Source of the DNA: a virus | Direction: 5' to 3' (one strand) | Length of the DNA stretch: 64,000 nucleotides | Virus record (IMG/VR): IMGVR_UViG_3300025704_000015 | Span: 15,755 to 79,754 of that record | Translations under genes and position numbers: made by a program | In this document: piece by piece, positions 27,690-37,717 of the stretch | How positions within the stretch are numbered: the first letter of the stretch is position 1 | Layout of the letters: every line of letters begins with the position of its first letter | The notes under the pieces: generated by a model | What the model saw: only the letters and a program-made list of their open reading frames with translations | Databases searched by the model: none | What the model was told of the DNA's origin: nothing

Positions 27690-29079
27690 ATCTTTCGAGG
27701 AAATTATATTAACAAATTTAATTAATAATGAGAAGTTTTGTAGAAAATCATTACCTCATATTAAATCAGAATATTTTGATAACCAAGAAAAAGCAGTTTA
27801 TGATTTAATCGTTAACTTTATTTCTAAGTATAACAAACTGCCAACAAGTAACGTTCTTTTAATTGAACTTCAGAATTCTGAATATAGTAATCGTAGCGAT
27901 GTAAATGAAATATATCAAACAATTACTAATTTAGAACAAGCTGATAATAGCGATGAAGATTGGTTGTTAGAAAGTACTGAAACATGGTGTAAAGATCGAG
28001 CAGTTCATAATGCAGTAATGGAAAGTATTTCTATTATTGATGGAAAGAGCCCAGATAAAAACGAAGGTATTATTCCAGAGATTTTAAGTAAAGCTCTTTC
28101 CGTAACATTTGATACGGCGGTTGGCCATGATTATATTGGCGATGCTGAATCTCGATTTGATTTTTATAATAGAGATGAAGAGAAGTTACCATTTGATTTA
28201 ACAATGTTTAATGAAATCACCGGCGGTGGTTTACCTAATAAAACATTAAACATTATCCTTGCAGGAACTGGTGTTGGTAAGAGTTTGGCTATGTGCCACC
28301 TTGCTGCAGATGGAATTTCTCAAGGAAAGAATGTTCTTTATATAACAATGGAAATGGCTGAAGAGCGTATCGCTGAACGTATTGATGCTAATTTGTTTGA
28401 TGTAAGGATTGATCAACTTGATACGCTTTCCCGTGAAAACTTTAATTCTAAAATAAAGAAAGTTTCTGATAAAGTTAAAGGTCAGTTGATTATTAAGGAA
28501 TACCCAACTGCTGGAGCTCATGTTGGTCACTTCAGAGCTTTGATAACAGAGCTTAAAATGAAGAAACAATTTGTACCAGATGTTATCTTTATTGATTATC
28601 TAAACATTTGTGCTAGTAGCAGAATTAAAGGTTTAAGCGGAGGCGTTAACACCTATTCTTTAATTAAAAGTATTGCTGAAGAAGTTAGAGGATTGGCCGT
28701 TGAGTGTAATGTTCCAATTTGGAGTGCTACTCAGGTTACTCGTTCTGGATTTAATAATTCCGATGTTGACTTAACTGATACATCAGAAAGTTTCGGCTTA
28801 CCTGCCACAGCTGACTTAATGATTGCTTTAATTAGTAATGAACAGTTAGAAGGAATGAATCAAATAATGGTAAAGCAATTGAAGAATCGTTATAATGATC
28901 CAAGTAATAATAAACGGTTTGTCGTTGGAGTAGATAAATCTAAGATGCGTTTATATGATGTTGCTGACCCAACTCAAGATATATTAGATGATTCTAAAAT
29001 AGCAGGAGCACAAGTGGGTAATAGTGATGCCATGCATAACATTGGTAAGAACGTAGACTTCTCTGGTTTTAAAGTTTGA
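27682..29079 (+). CDS. 41: replicative helicase gp41
   Basis: AGTGVGKS, IKEYPT, IDYLNI, SATQVTR, SESFGLP, KQLKNRY. Confidence 0.95.
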   Translation: MNKSFEEIILTNLINNEKFCRKSLPHIKSEYFDNQEKAVYDLIVNFISKYNKLPTSNVLLIELQNSEYSNRSDVNEIYQTITNLEQADNSDEDWLLESTETWCKDRAVHNAVMESISIIDGKSPDKNEGIIPEILSKALSVTFDTAVGHDYIGDAESRFDFYNRDEEKLPFDLTMFNEITGGGLPNKTLNIILAGTGVGKSLAMCHLAADGISQGKNVLYITMEMAEERIAERIDANLFDVRIDQLDTLSRENFNSKIKKVSDKVKGQLIIKEYPTAGAHVGHFRALITELKMKKQFVPDVIFIDYLNICASSRIKGLSGGVNTYSLIKSIAEEVRGLAVECNVPIWSATQVTRSGFNNSDVDLTDTSESFGLPATADLMIALISNEQLEGMNQIMVKQLKNRYNDPSNNKRFVVGVDKSKMRLYDVADPTQDILDDSKIAGAQVGNSDAMHNIGKNVDFSGFKV

Positions 29080-29114
29080 AACTTTATAAATAACTAAAAT
29101 TACTATTACACTAA

Positions 29115-30671
29115 ATGGATATTAACAAACTAAGATTTAAGGATTTCGTATTAACTGAAGGTATTTCATCAGGCTCTATTGAGAAAGCTACCTTTTTAAT
29201 GATTAAGTATTTAAAAAAGAAGACGGGTTTAAACCTTTTCGCAATGCCAGAGCTAGAGCAATATAAAGGATCTGCTGGTAAAGGATTTGGTTTACGTTTG
29301 TTCGCTAATAAGAATGGTATATCCGTTCGATTAAACTTCTCTTCAACAAGAGCTCAAACGAATGCATTAACCGGATTTGATGTTTGGTTAGGAGACGGTA
29401 AACCATCAACACGAGTTGAGTTTGCTAATATGACAAGCGTTGTTAAAATCCTTCCTATTGTTGCTGAAATCATTAATAACAAAGGTTCAAACAGTAAAGT
29501 AGTTTATACTATTCCAGATGGAGTTCCTTTAAATGAAGGATACGCATATGGAACAGATTCCATTCTTTTAAAAGAAGCAGCGGGAGCTGGTGATGTTCCA
29601 GCAATGTTTGATGATATTGTTGATATGATTGTATCTCCTAACTTTTCAAAAGGGAAGATCTATAGGAAATATAAAAGTGCTGGAGTTAAAGTATTCGAAG
29701 CTCTTGAAGAAGTATATCCAAAGAACATTACCAAGCAAGGCGTTAAATATGTATTTGACGGTAAGCCTGCAGTAGTACAAAAGATCAAGAAAGATAAATC
29801 TAAAATTCTTGAAATGATTGGCGCTAACGAAGGTAAAGTAACTAAAGGGAGTGCTAAAGAAACATATGCTGATAATTCAAATGCAGATGAGCTTTTAAAT
29901 GATAGAGAACGATTAAGTTTTGAAGCTCAGTTAGAAGATCTTGAGAATCTATTGAAACTAACCGTTAATGGCGCAGCGAACGCAATCTTTATTGCTGGGC
30001 GTGGCGGAGTTGGTAAAACGTTTACTACAGAAAAGATTCTTGGTGAAATGGGTTATAGAGATGGAGCTGGTTACTTTAAGAACACTGGTTCTGCTAGTGC
30101 GGCTGGAATGTATTCTCTATTATTTAAATATAAGAATGAAATTATCTTCTTCGATGATAGTGACGATGCTCTTAAAGACCAAGAAAGCCGTAACCTTTTA
30201 AAAGCTGCAACCGATACCAAAAAGATTCGTAAACTCGTTTGGAACAAGATGGGTAAGAATGTTGCAGAGCCTGATGAAATGACTGACGATGAAATCCTTG
30301 ATGCTGGATTAATTCCACGTTACTTTGAATTCACGGGCAAGATCATCTTTATCTCTAACCTTAAGATGAACAAGCTTGATCCTGATGGCGCACTAAGAAC
30401 TCGAGCATTTATTATTGATATTGATCCAACCGAAGGCGAAATTTACGACTTTATGGATAAGATTGTCGGTAAGATTTCTTTAGAAGAAGGTTTAACTCTT
30501 GATTTAACAGAACGTAAACGAGTAGTTGATCTATTAAGAAAAGGAAAAAGTAAGCAATCATCAAACCTTCGTAAGCTATCCCGTGGTTTAAATATGGCCG
30601 CTGGAGCTTTAAAAGCAGGTGTTGCCGTTGCCGATAAAGAGTTGGCTCGTATGATTGAAATTTACGCTTAA
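29115..30671 (+). CDS. AAA+ ATPase with N-terminal domain and capsid-targeting-like leader
   Basis: GRGGVGKT, FFDDSD, ALRTR; leader RFKDFVLTE; late promoter at 29085. Confidence 0.75.
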   Translation: MDINKLRFKDFVLTEGISSGSIEKATFLMIKYLKKKTGLNLFAMPELEQYKGSAGKGFGLRLFANKNGISVRLNFSSTRAQTNALTGFDVWLGDGKPSTRVEFANMTSVVKILPIVAEIINNKGSNSKVVYTIPDGVPLNEGYAYGTDSILLKEAAGAGDVPAMFDDIVDMIVSPNFSKGKIYRKYKSAGVKVFEALEEVYPKNITKQGVKYVFDGKPAVVQKIKKDKSKILEMIGANEGKVTKGSAKETYADNSNADELLNDRERLSFEAQLEDLENLLKLTVNGAANAIFIAGRGGVGKTFTTEKILGEMGYRDGAGYFKNTGSASAAGMYSLLFKYKNEIIFFDDSDDALKDQESRNLLKAATDTKKIRKLVWNKMGKNVAEPDEMTDDEILDAGLIPRYFEFTGKIIFISNLKMNKLDPDGALRTRAFIIDIDPTEGEIYDFMDKIVGKISLEEGLTLDLTERKRVVDLLRKGKSKQSSNLRKLSRGLNMAAGALKAGVAVADKELARMIEIYA

Positions 30672-30682
30672 TAAATAATAAT

Positions 30683-32065
30683 ATGAAATCATTTCAAACT
30701 TTCTTAATTGAGGGAACCAAGTTAACTCCCCGTGAATTAAAAAAACCAGCTACTGGAGGGCCGAACTCTGGAGTTTCTCGCCTTGAAATTCTTTCTAATA
30801 AAATTAGAAAACAAGAACCTTTAACTTTAGCAAATGGTAAAACGTTTATTGTGACTGATACTGCTGGAGCTTTATCTTCTATTGAACAATTTAGAAAAGA
30901 CGGAATGGCTTTTAAACTAATTGGAAAAAGCGGATCGGAAATTTCATCGTCGGATCTATTAAAAACGCTTGAGTTTGGTGGTGGTACTGGAGCTGGTGGT
31001 GGAACAAAAAATACAGCAATTGGAGAATCTGCTCAATGTGTATGGATGGCCGCAATGGTTGAAATTGGATATGATAAACCAATTGAAAGTTTTACTGATG
31101 AAGTATTAACTAAAGCGTTTAAAAAGGTAAGTGTTGGAAAAACTTCGTTAAAAGATATTTTAAGTATTGATGAGAGTTGGAAAACATCCTCATATTTAAC
31201 AGCACACTTCGCAATTAAAGAGCGTCTTATTGAAAGAGGTATGACTTTTCATAGAGATGATTCTCTTATGAAAGAAATTTATAAAGCTAAAAACACAGCT
31301 TTTAAAAATAACGATTTTAAACCACTTACAGATGATAAATGGAACCCAGGCGATATTTGGGTGGCTGATTCTGACTTTAAATTATCAGAATTAAAAACTG
31401 ATACACTAGAAGGATTTAATGATGATATACTCGACTTATATTTACAAAAGAGACTTGTTGGTATTTCATTAAAGAAAGTTTCTAAAGCAGTAAAAGGAGT
31501 TGAAAAAAATGTTACTCGTCCACCAGAAACTGAAGATTACAAATTTGTAGCAGGCCATATTAAAGCGTTAACACGAGGAGAATGGTATACAAGTAAAACT
31601 AATTATATTACTTATATGGGCGGGCAACTAGATATTAGAGCAAACACCGGTTTTGGTTCTCATAAAGTAGAAATTAAAGGTAAAGGCGCCAGAGGAGGCG
31701 GAGCTTCTTGGGGCGTTATGTCTGATGCTGCTAAAAGAATTTATCGAAAAGAACTTCCAAAAAATAATAAAATGAAAAAAGATGCTAAACTAATAGCATC
31801 TGGTGATAAAAGAGCAGTTCAAAATTTTACTAAGTTATTACAAACCGTGGATAAAAAAATATCCAATGCAGAAGTAATAGAAAAATTAGCAAGTCTTGGC
31901 AAAAACGCTGATATATGGGTTCACGGTAAACTAGGTGGCCTTTATGTATTACAATTAATATCAAAAGGTGGCCAAAAGGCAAATAAGTTTATTACTCAGA
32001 TAATTAACTATGCTGGTAGTTCTACTTCAGACTCAAGCGCATATATTATTCTAAAAGAGAAATAA
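30683..32065 (+). CDS. PD-(D/E)XK restriction-like nuclease with capsid-targeting-like leader
   Basis: GESAQC, KWNPGDIW, LVGISLKK; leader MKSFQTFLIE. Confidence 0.6.
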   Translation: MKSFQTFLIEGTKLTPRELKKPATGGPNSGVSRLEILSNKIRKQEPLTLANGKTFIVTDTAGALSSIEQFRKDGMAFKLIGKSGSEISSSDLLKTLEFGGGTGAGGGTKNTAIGESAQCVWMAAMVEIGYDKPIESFTDEVLTKAFKKVSVGKTSLKDILSIDESWKTSSYLTAHFAIKERLIERGMTFHRDDSLMKEIYKAKNTAFKNNDFKPLTDDKWNPGDIWVADSDFKLSELKTDTLEGFNDDILDLYLQKRLVGISLKKVSKAVKGVEKNVTRPPETEDYKFVAGHIKALTRGEWYTSKTNYITYMGGQLDIRANTGFGSHKVEIKGKGARGGGASWGVMSDAAKRIYRKELPKNNKMKKDAKLIASGDKRAVQNFTKLLQTVDKKISNAEVIEKLASLGKNADIWVHGKLGGLYVLQLISKGGQKANKFITQIINYAGSSTSDSSAYIILKEK

Positions 32066-32080
32066 TATTATTAGTATCAA

Positions 32081-32164
32081 ATGAAGATATTAACATTCAT
32101 ACTAATAGTTATAGTACTAACCTCATGTGGCATTGCGCCTCCTGAGTGTATGATTGGGCATTAA
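32081..32164 (+). CDS. 27-aa putative lipoprotein (not in ORF track)
   Basis: MKILTFILIVIVLTSCGIAPPECMIGH; lipobox LTSC. Confidence 0.45.
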   Translation: MKILTFILIVIVLTSCGIAPPECMIGH

Positions 32165-33745
32165 TTAATCTTCGACCCAAACCGCGGCCAAAGATACTCG
32201 AGCAAGACTTTCAGTTGATTGCACAATAAATGAAATGCTGCTATTTGGTGGAACTACAATTCTTAGATCCCCAAGATTAATCGAAGAACTTCCCCCGCCA
32301 GGTACTTCAAACATGTAAATTGGCAGATTGTTGTCAACTGTTGTGCTTACATCTCCTATAGTATCTGAATAATATACAGATGAATTTTCCTCGCTTCTTG
32401 TGTTATACTCAAGCTCAGGTAATCCATTAAAATTATAATATACTGATACAAGTACAGGCGTTCCAGCTGGATTTGTTAAGAATGCCGAATTAATATTTTT
32501 TAATAAAACTTCTCTAGTATTAATTTTATTCTTATAAATTAATCTATTATGTAAAGTTAATACATGATGATAATCATCTGCAGATAAGTTAGGGTTTTCA
32601 TCATATGTAATTGATGTAGCAGTTGGCAGTTTTGTATTTTCTATTAAACCTTCAATTGCGCCTAACATAGAACCACCTGATACATAAATATCAGTTCCAG
32701 TTCCACCTAAACTTGCAGCAATCCATCCAACCTTTAACGATGGGTTATCAACGTGAACATCATCATAATTATTTGCATATTTTATTTCATGGAAAACAAT
32801 CATGTCTCCATTTAACGGGTTTTCAATAGAGAATCTAATTTGCCCAGCACCAAGCCATCTAAAATTAATTTGGAAAACGTTTAATTTAGTTGGATTTAAT
32901 ATTGCTCTACTATAACCATTACCATCAAGAGTATCACCATTAAAGTCTTCTTGGTATGTCCAATTATTAGTATGATTTACACCACCTTGAAGAACTGAAA
33001 GAGTAGCAGTAACGCCAGTTGAATCTGTATCAGAAAAAGAAAATGTTCCGGTTTTAGGCCCAACCCCAGTTGATAAAAAACAAACTTTATCAGCAACATA
33101 TTCTAAAATCCAAAAATCACTTATAATACCATGATGTATTTTTCTTGCCACATCATTGGCAGTATCTCCTGCTAAGACTGCAATAACAAAATCTTCATCA
33201 TTTAATGTTACGGTAATATTTCCAGATGTTGTGGCTGAATTACTAATAACAATATTATGAATATGGGCTTTACCTTTATTCTGTAAAAGAACTCCAAATT
33301 TATCACCATCAAAGCCAACCTGTATAGCTTGCTCTTGCGCAAAGAATCCCGCTCTTTGAGTATAACCGATGGCTCCTTCTGTAAATTGAGCAGTGAACCG
33401 TGTTAACGCGCCCTGCCCTGGTCTATATCTTACTGCTCTTTTTGATCTAATAACGCCATAACCACCCAATGAAGTTCCGGTTCTACATTCTAGTAAAGTG
33501 TTTGAGGCTATTGCAGATCCACTCTCAGATTCATAAGACTCAAATAGTCTTTCATCTAAACCATATAAACCATCCAATTGAAATACCGGCGTAATAGGAA
33601 CACTCACATGTTCTCCAAATACGCTTACTGCTGAAGCGCTTGATGTTTTAACTGGATTACCATATTCATCAACCGCTAATGACGCCTCAAAAAGCGAGGT
33701 ATTATCATTAAGATAATTTTGAGAGGTTCTATTCCACTGGGCCAT
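32165..33745 (-). CDS. putative virion structural protein (beta-rich)
   Basis: Start reassigned to ATG33745, 5 nt after a minus-strand TATAAATA; RYRPGQG and WLGAGQIRF motifs. Confidence 0.65.
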   Translation of the reverse strand: MAQWNRTSQNYLNDNTSLFEASLAVDEYGNPVKTSSASAVSVFGEHVSVPITPVFQLDGLYGLDERLFESYESESGSAIASNTLLECRTGTSLGGYGVIRSKRAVRYRPGQGALTRFTAQFTEGAIGYTQRAGFFAQEQAIQVGFDGDKFGVLLQNKGKAHIHNIVISNSATTSGNITVTLNDEDFVIAVLAGDTANDVARKIHHGIISDFWILEYVADKVCFLSTGVGPKTGTFSFSDTDSTGVTATLSVLQGGVNHTNNWTYQEDFNGDTLDGNGYSRAILNPTKLNVFQINFRWLGAGQIRFSIENPLNGDMIVFHEIKYANNYDDVHVDNPSLKVGWIAASLGGTGTDIYVSGGSMLGAIEGLIENTKLPTATSITYDENPNLSADDYHHVLTLHNRLIYKNKINTREVLLKNINSAFLTNPAGTPVLVSVYYNFNGLPELEYNTRSEENSSVYYSDTIGDVSTTVDNNLPIYMFEVPGGGSSSINLGDLRIVVPPNSSISFIVQSTESLARVSLAAVWVED

Positions 33746-33773
33746 ACTTTTATTTATACAAATAAATAACTTT

Positions 33774-34208
33774 ATGAAGAGGATACGGGTATATGGTTGT
33801 TTGGACAAACCTAAGTTAAAAAAAGAAATACGTGAAGCTGCGTCTCTTTTTATTCAAGATCTTTTACCACGTAAACGCAAGTATGATATAACAATAACAA
33901 TATCTTCAGGTTTATCTAAAAAAGTAGGATCCTTTGGAGAATGCTGGTCATGGTCTCGTAATGAATATACAGTTAAGATCGACGGATCTCAAACAAAGGA
34001 AAATATTTTTAAAACACTTGCTCATGAATTTGTACACGTTAAACAATTCTCAGTTGGAGAATTAAAATTCTTAACTAAATTTGATGTTTGGCAAGGAACC
34101 GTATATTACCATGGAGCTAAATACGAAACTCTTCCATGGGAAAGGGAAGCAACTCAATATGAAAAAATTCTATATAACAAACATATTGTCAATAAAAGAC
34201 AATTATAA
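33774..34208 (+). CDS. HExxH zincin-like metallopeptidase
   Basis: TLAHEFVHVKQ...PWEREA. Confidence 0.7.
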   Translation: MKRIRVYGCLDKPKLKKEIREAASLFIQDLLPRKRKYDITITISSGLSKKVGSFGECWSWSRNEYTVKIDGSQTKENIFKTLAHEFVHVKQFSVGELKFLTKFDVWQGTVYYHGAKYETLPWEREATQYEKILYNKHIVNKRQL

Positions 34209-34219
34209 ATACTAAATAA

Positions 34220-35143
34220 ATGAAGTCCTTTAAAGAATATATTGGTGAAGCTGCTAAAACACAAAAGCAGTTCATTGCTCACCTTGATAAAATGCCACCA
34301 CTCAAATTTCTTGAACTTGCAAAACGTCTTGATAAAGAAATGGGCGGAGTTCTTTCAAAGGATAATGCTGAGATCAGAGAGAAGATGGATGGTTCAGCTC
34401 TTCGTATTGGTTTAGATGAGAAGGGGCGATTCTTTGCTCAAACTTCTACATCGCCTTCATTTTTTAACTTTGGCGATTTTAGAAAGCGTTTTTCTAAGCA
34501 TGGTGAAGAAGCCGCACTTATGGGAGACAAGTGGGATGATATTTTTAAAATGATAAAGAGTGACTCCAAGGTTAATGCCATTCTTAAAAAGTATAATACT
34601 AAAAACGGTATTAAGGTTGTTGGAGAGATTATGTATCCTCCGCTTGGTATTGATTTACTTGATAAAATGCGATTTATTCGTATTGATTATGAGAAGAAAA
34701 AACTTGGTTCTGATTATACCTTCGTTCCTTTTTACGTTATGGATAATGAAAATAACATACATCCAAAAGAAAAAGAAATCTTTAAAGAACTATACAAGAT
34801 ATCAAATTCTAAACGTAAATATGTCAATACCGTTGTTTTAAAGGATAAAGACATTAATATTAAAACGGATTTGAGTATTGTAAACAACGATCTTGTTAAG
34901 AAATATAAAAATTTAAATGATATATTGGTATCAAGGAAGCATATAGATCGTGAGTTAAAGGAAAAAATTAAAAACGAAATTTTACTTCTACAGCGTAAAC
35001 TGGCCGCTAAAATTCTTTCATATGTTGATGGTGGTTTATTAGGAAAAGATTTTGAAGGTATTGTAATTAAACTCAGTGACGGATCACTAATCAAAATTAT
35101 TTCTGATAAGTTTAAGAACACCACCTTTGATAAAAACCGCTAA
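34220..35143 (+). CDS. KxDG ligase/covalent nucleotidyltransferase-like protein with capsid-targeting-like leader
   Basis: EKMDGS (motif I), VGE, FEGIVI, KII..KF; leader MKSFKEYIGE; late promoter at 34204. Confidence 0.65.
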   Translation: MKSFKEYIGEAAKTQKQFIAHLDKMPPLKFLELAKRLDKEMGGVLSKDNAEIREKMDGSALRIGLDEKGRFFAQTSTSPSFFNFGDFRKRFSKHGEEAALMGDKWDDIFKMIKSDSKVNAILKKYNTKNGIKVVGEIMYPPLGIDLLDKMRFIRIDYEKKKLGSDYTFVPFYVMDNENNIHPKEKEIFKELYKISNSKRKYVNTVVLKDKDINIKTDLSIVNNDLVKKYKNLNDILVSRKHIDRELKEKIKNEILLLQRKLAAKILSYVDGGLLGKDFEGIVIKLSDGSLIKIISDKFKNTTFDKNR

Positions 35144-35157
35144 TAAATAATAATATA

Positions 35158-36063
35158 ATGCTAGCATATAAACAATTTTTAGAAAATAAACGGCAGCTGT
35201 CTGAAGGTGGTAACGCTGTTAAAGGAGTCGGACCGATTAATCAAGAGAATTCTATTCCTACATATAATAAAATTCTTAGTGAGTTTTTGCCAAAGCTTAA
35301 ACTTAAAGATAAGCATGTAGCGAGTCTTGGCTCTACTGGTAAAAAAGGACCAAAGCAAACCTCAGGCGATATTGATATTGCTCTTGATGCTACCGAGCTT
35401 TTAAAATCAAATAAGATTGACACATATGCAGATCTAATGGATTTTATTGTTGTTACAGTTAAATCTTTAGGATATGATTATAAAGATATGCGTAGTATTG
35501 GTATTGTTAGTATTGCATATCCAATTGTTAATGACGATAAGTTACAAGCAGATAAACTTGTTCAAGTAGACTTTATGGTTGTTGAAAATCTTAAACATGC
35601 AACATGGGCTTTTCACAGTCCTTCATATCTTGAGTCCAATCTAAAGGGTTTATATAGAAACGAATTAAACTTTGCTGTCGCTAAATATGCTGGATTTAAA
35701 GTAACTGAAAGAGACAAAGAAAGCAAAGAAGCCGTTACATGGCAGCGCTTTTGGTGGGATATTAAACGAGGCTTAAGTAAAGGAACACAAACTCGATTAA
35801 GTGCAAAGACTGGTAAAATTGTAAAAGGCACTAGACCGTTAACAAAAAACGATATTTCTGATGAGCCTGATGATATTGTTAAGTTCCTATATGGAGAGAA
35901 ATATAAAGCAAGAGATATTTTAACTTTTGATGATGCTCTTAATGCTATTATGAGTAATGATTTTCCTTATAAGAAACAAAGGAAGACTATTTTAAAAGCT
36001 GCATCCGAATCTATACAAAAGAAAGGCTTCCCTATTCCGAAGCAAATGGCCAAATATATATAA
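35158..36063 (+). CDS. Pol-beta-superfamily nucleotidyltransferase with capsid-targeting-like leader
   Basis: LGSTGKK...SGDIDIA...VQVDFM; leader MLAYKQFLE..LSEG. Confidence 0.75.
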   Translation: MLAYKQFLENKRQLSEGGNAVKGVGPINQENSIPTYNKILSEFLPKLKLKDKHVASLGSTGKKGPKQTSGDIDIALDATELLKSNKIDTYADLMDFIVVTVKSLGYDYKDMRSIGIVSIAYPIVNDDKLQADKLVQVDFMVVENLKHATWAFHSPSYLESNLKGLYRNELNFAVAKYAGFKVTERDKESKEAVTWQRFWWDIKRGLSKGTQTRLSAKTGKIVKGTRPLTKNDISDEPDDIVKFLYGEKYKARDILTFDDALNAIMSNDFPYKKQRKTILKAASESIQKKGFPIPKQMAKYI

Positions 36064-36076
36064 CATATAACAAACG

Positions 36077-36772
36077 ATGGAAGAATTTCAAAAAAACGAT
36101 ATGGCTGAAGGCCGCTCATGGAAATCTATAGGACACTATACCGCAGATGGTAAAGAGTGGGCTGGAGATCAACATGCGCATAATGGTCAAATAATGACTG
36201 GTAAGACGCATGATAAAAATAGTGTTTACTTATATCATTATAAAGAATTATCTGCTGAAGTGAGAAAAAAAATCGATGCAGAAATTGAAGAAGCAGAAAA
36301 GGATTTACGCTTACGTGACCTTGAAGTTGTTGATCCAACCGATGGCAGTTGGGGCGATGAAATGGGCTTCTTAAATCGTCGATATATGAAACGTCATAAT
36401 TCGTATGTTACTGAAGATTCCGAAGACGAATGCTATAGTGAAGCGTTAACCGCTATTCAACGAATTAAGCGTAGAGCGATAATGCGTAAAAGCAAAGCGG
36501 CTATTGCTCGTGGCCGACGTCGTTCTGAAAAGAAAAAACCAACACTTAAGGTAATGAAGAATAGAGCTTTGAAAGCTGCTAGGAACCTTTTATTTAAAAA
36601 GTTGGCGGGTCAACGATCAAAAGATGAGTTGAGCTTTTCTGAAAGATCTAGAATTGAAAAGGTTCTATCAAAAAAACAAGGGAAGATCAAAGCGATTGCT
36701 AAAAAGATTTTACCAAAATTAATCCAAAAGGAAAAAGCGAAGCGTGCTAAAAAAGCAGCAGAAAAGAAATAA
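36077..36772 (+). CDS. two-domain protein with a very basic C-terminus (putative head-internal)
   Basis: His-rich N-terminal domain, EIEEA/YSEA linkers, K/R-rich helical tail. Confidence 0.55.
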   Translation: MEEFQKNDMAEGRSWKSIGHYTADGKEWAGDQHAHNGQIMTGKTHDKNSVYLYHYKELSAEVRKKIDAEIEEAEKDLRLRDLEVVDPTDGSWGDEMGFLNRRYMKRHNSYVTEDSEDECYSEALTAIQRIKRRAIMRKSKAAIARGRRRSEKKKPTLKVMKNRALKAARNLLFKKLAGQRSKDELSFSERSRIEKVLSKKQGKIKAIAKKILPKLIQKEKAKRAKKAAEKK

Positions 36773-37575
36773 TGAAATCATTTAAAACATTTATTAAAGA
36801 AAAGGAAGTCAAAACATTGGTGACTACCTTTGGCCGTTTTAACCCGCCACATGTTGGACACGCCGTAAACTTTAAAGAGTTAGCAGCAGCAGCTAAAAAA
36901 GAAAAAGCGGATTATAGAATTTACTCTTCGCAGTCGCAGGACGCTAAAAGGAATCCATTAGGATATGAAGAAAAAATTAAATTTCTTAGAAAGCTTTTTC
37001 CTCAACACGCTCGTAGTATTTACTTAGACAAAAAGGTTAAAAACCCATTTGATGTTGCTAAACAAGCTTATGCAGATGGTTATGAGAAACTTGTTATTGC
37101 GGTTGGGCCAGATCGTGCGAACGAATTTAAAGATATGTTATTGAAATATAACAAAGAAGGTGGTATATTTTATTTTCCTGCCGGTATTGAAATTGTTGAT
37201 ACTGGAAAGGGTAAAAGGATTTCAAGCGCCACTCTTATGAGAAAGTCTGCAGAAAATAATGACCTTGCAACCTTTGCTAAAAATCTTCCTAAAACCTTTA
37301 AAGAAGTTGAAAAGTTATTTAATGCAGTAAGGAAAGGAATGGGTTTAAAAGAATCTACCAACTTCCGCAAACATATTGATATAAATCCAAATGAAGCGCG
37401 TGAGCGTTTTTTCAATAAGGAAATCTTTAATGAAAATGATAAAGTTATAAGTATAAAGGATAATAAAACTTATACTATTAAAGAGCGCTTTAGTAATTAC
37501 GTTAGCGCAGCTGATGGCACCACTATTAAAAAGTTTTTTATAACAGATATAATCCCTATTAATGAAAACCCTTAA
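36772..37575 (+). CDS. HIGH-family cytidyltransferase-like protein with capsid-targeting-like leader
   Basis: TFGRFNPPHVGH, NPL, GPDR, ISSATLMR; leader MKSFKTFIKE. Confidence 0.8.
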   Translation: MKSFKTFIKEKEVKTLVTTFGRFNPPHVGHAVNFKELAAAAKKEKADYRIYSSQSQDAKRNPLGYEEKIKFLRKLFPQHARSIYLDKKVKNPFDVAKQAYADGYEKLVIAVGPDRANEFKDMLLKYNKEGGIFYFPAGIEIVDTGKGKRISSATLMRKSAENNDLATFAKNLPKTFKEVEKLFNAVRKGMGLKESTNFRKHIDINPNEARERFFNKEIFNENDKVISIKDNKTYTIKERFSNYVSAADGTTIKKFFITDIIPINENP

Positions 37576-37705
37576 ACTTATAATTTTATCTAGCTATATT
37601 TTTATTGGGACGTCGTGTGTTCGTCCTCACTCAATAAACCTGCAAATGGAACAACTTCCAGCCGAAGAATTAGAAACAACTTTAAACCTTAAATGGAAAC
37701 TTTAA
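37562..37705 (+). CDS. 47-aa putative lipoprotein (not in ORF track)
   Basis: MKTLKLIILSSYIFIGTSCVRPHS...; signal-like N-terminus followed by Cys. Confidence 0.4.
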   Translation: MKTLKLIILSSYIFIGTSCVRPHSINLQMEQLPAEELETTLNLKWKL

Positions 37706-37717
37706 CAAACAAATAAA

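Noticed and set aside
33746-33808. Longer start for the minus-strand structural gene
   Set aside because: It would overlap the divergent gene and include its own late promoter; ATG33745 is preferred.
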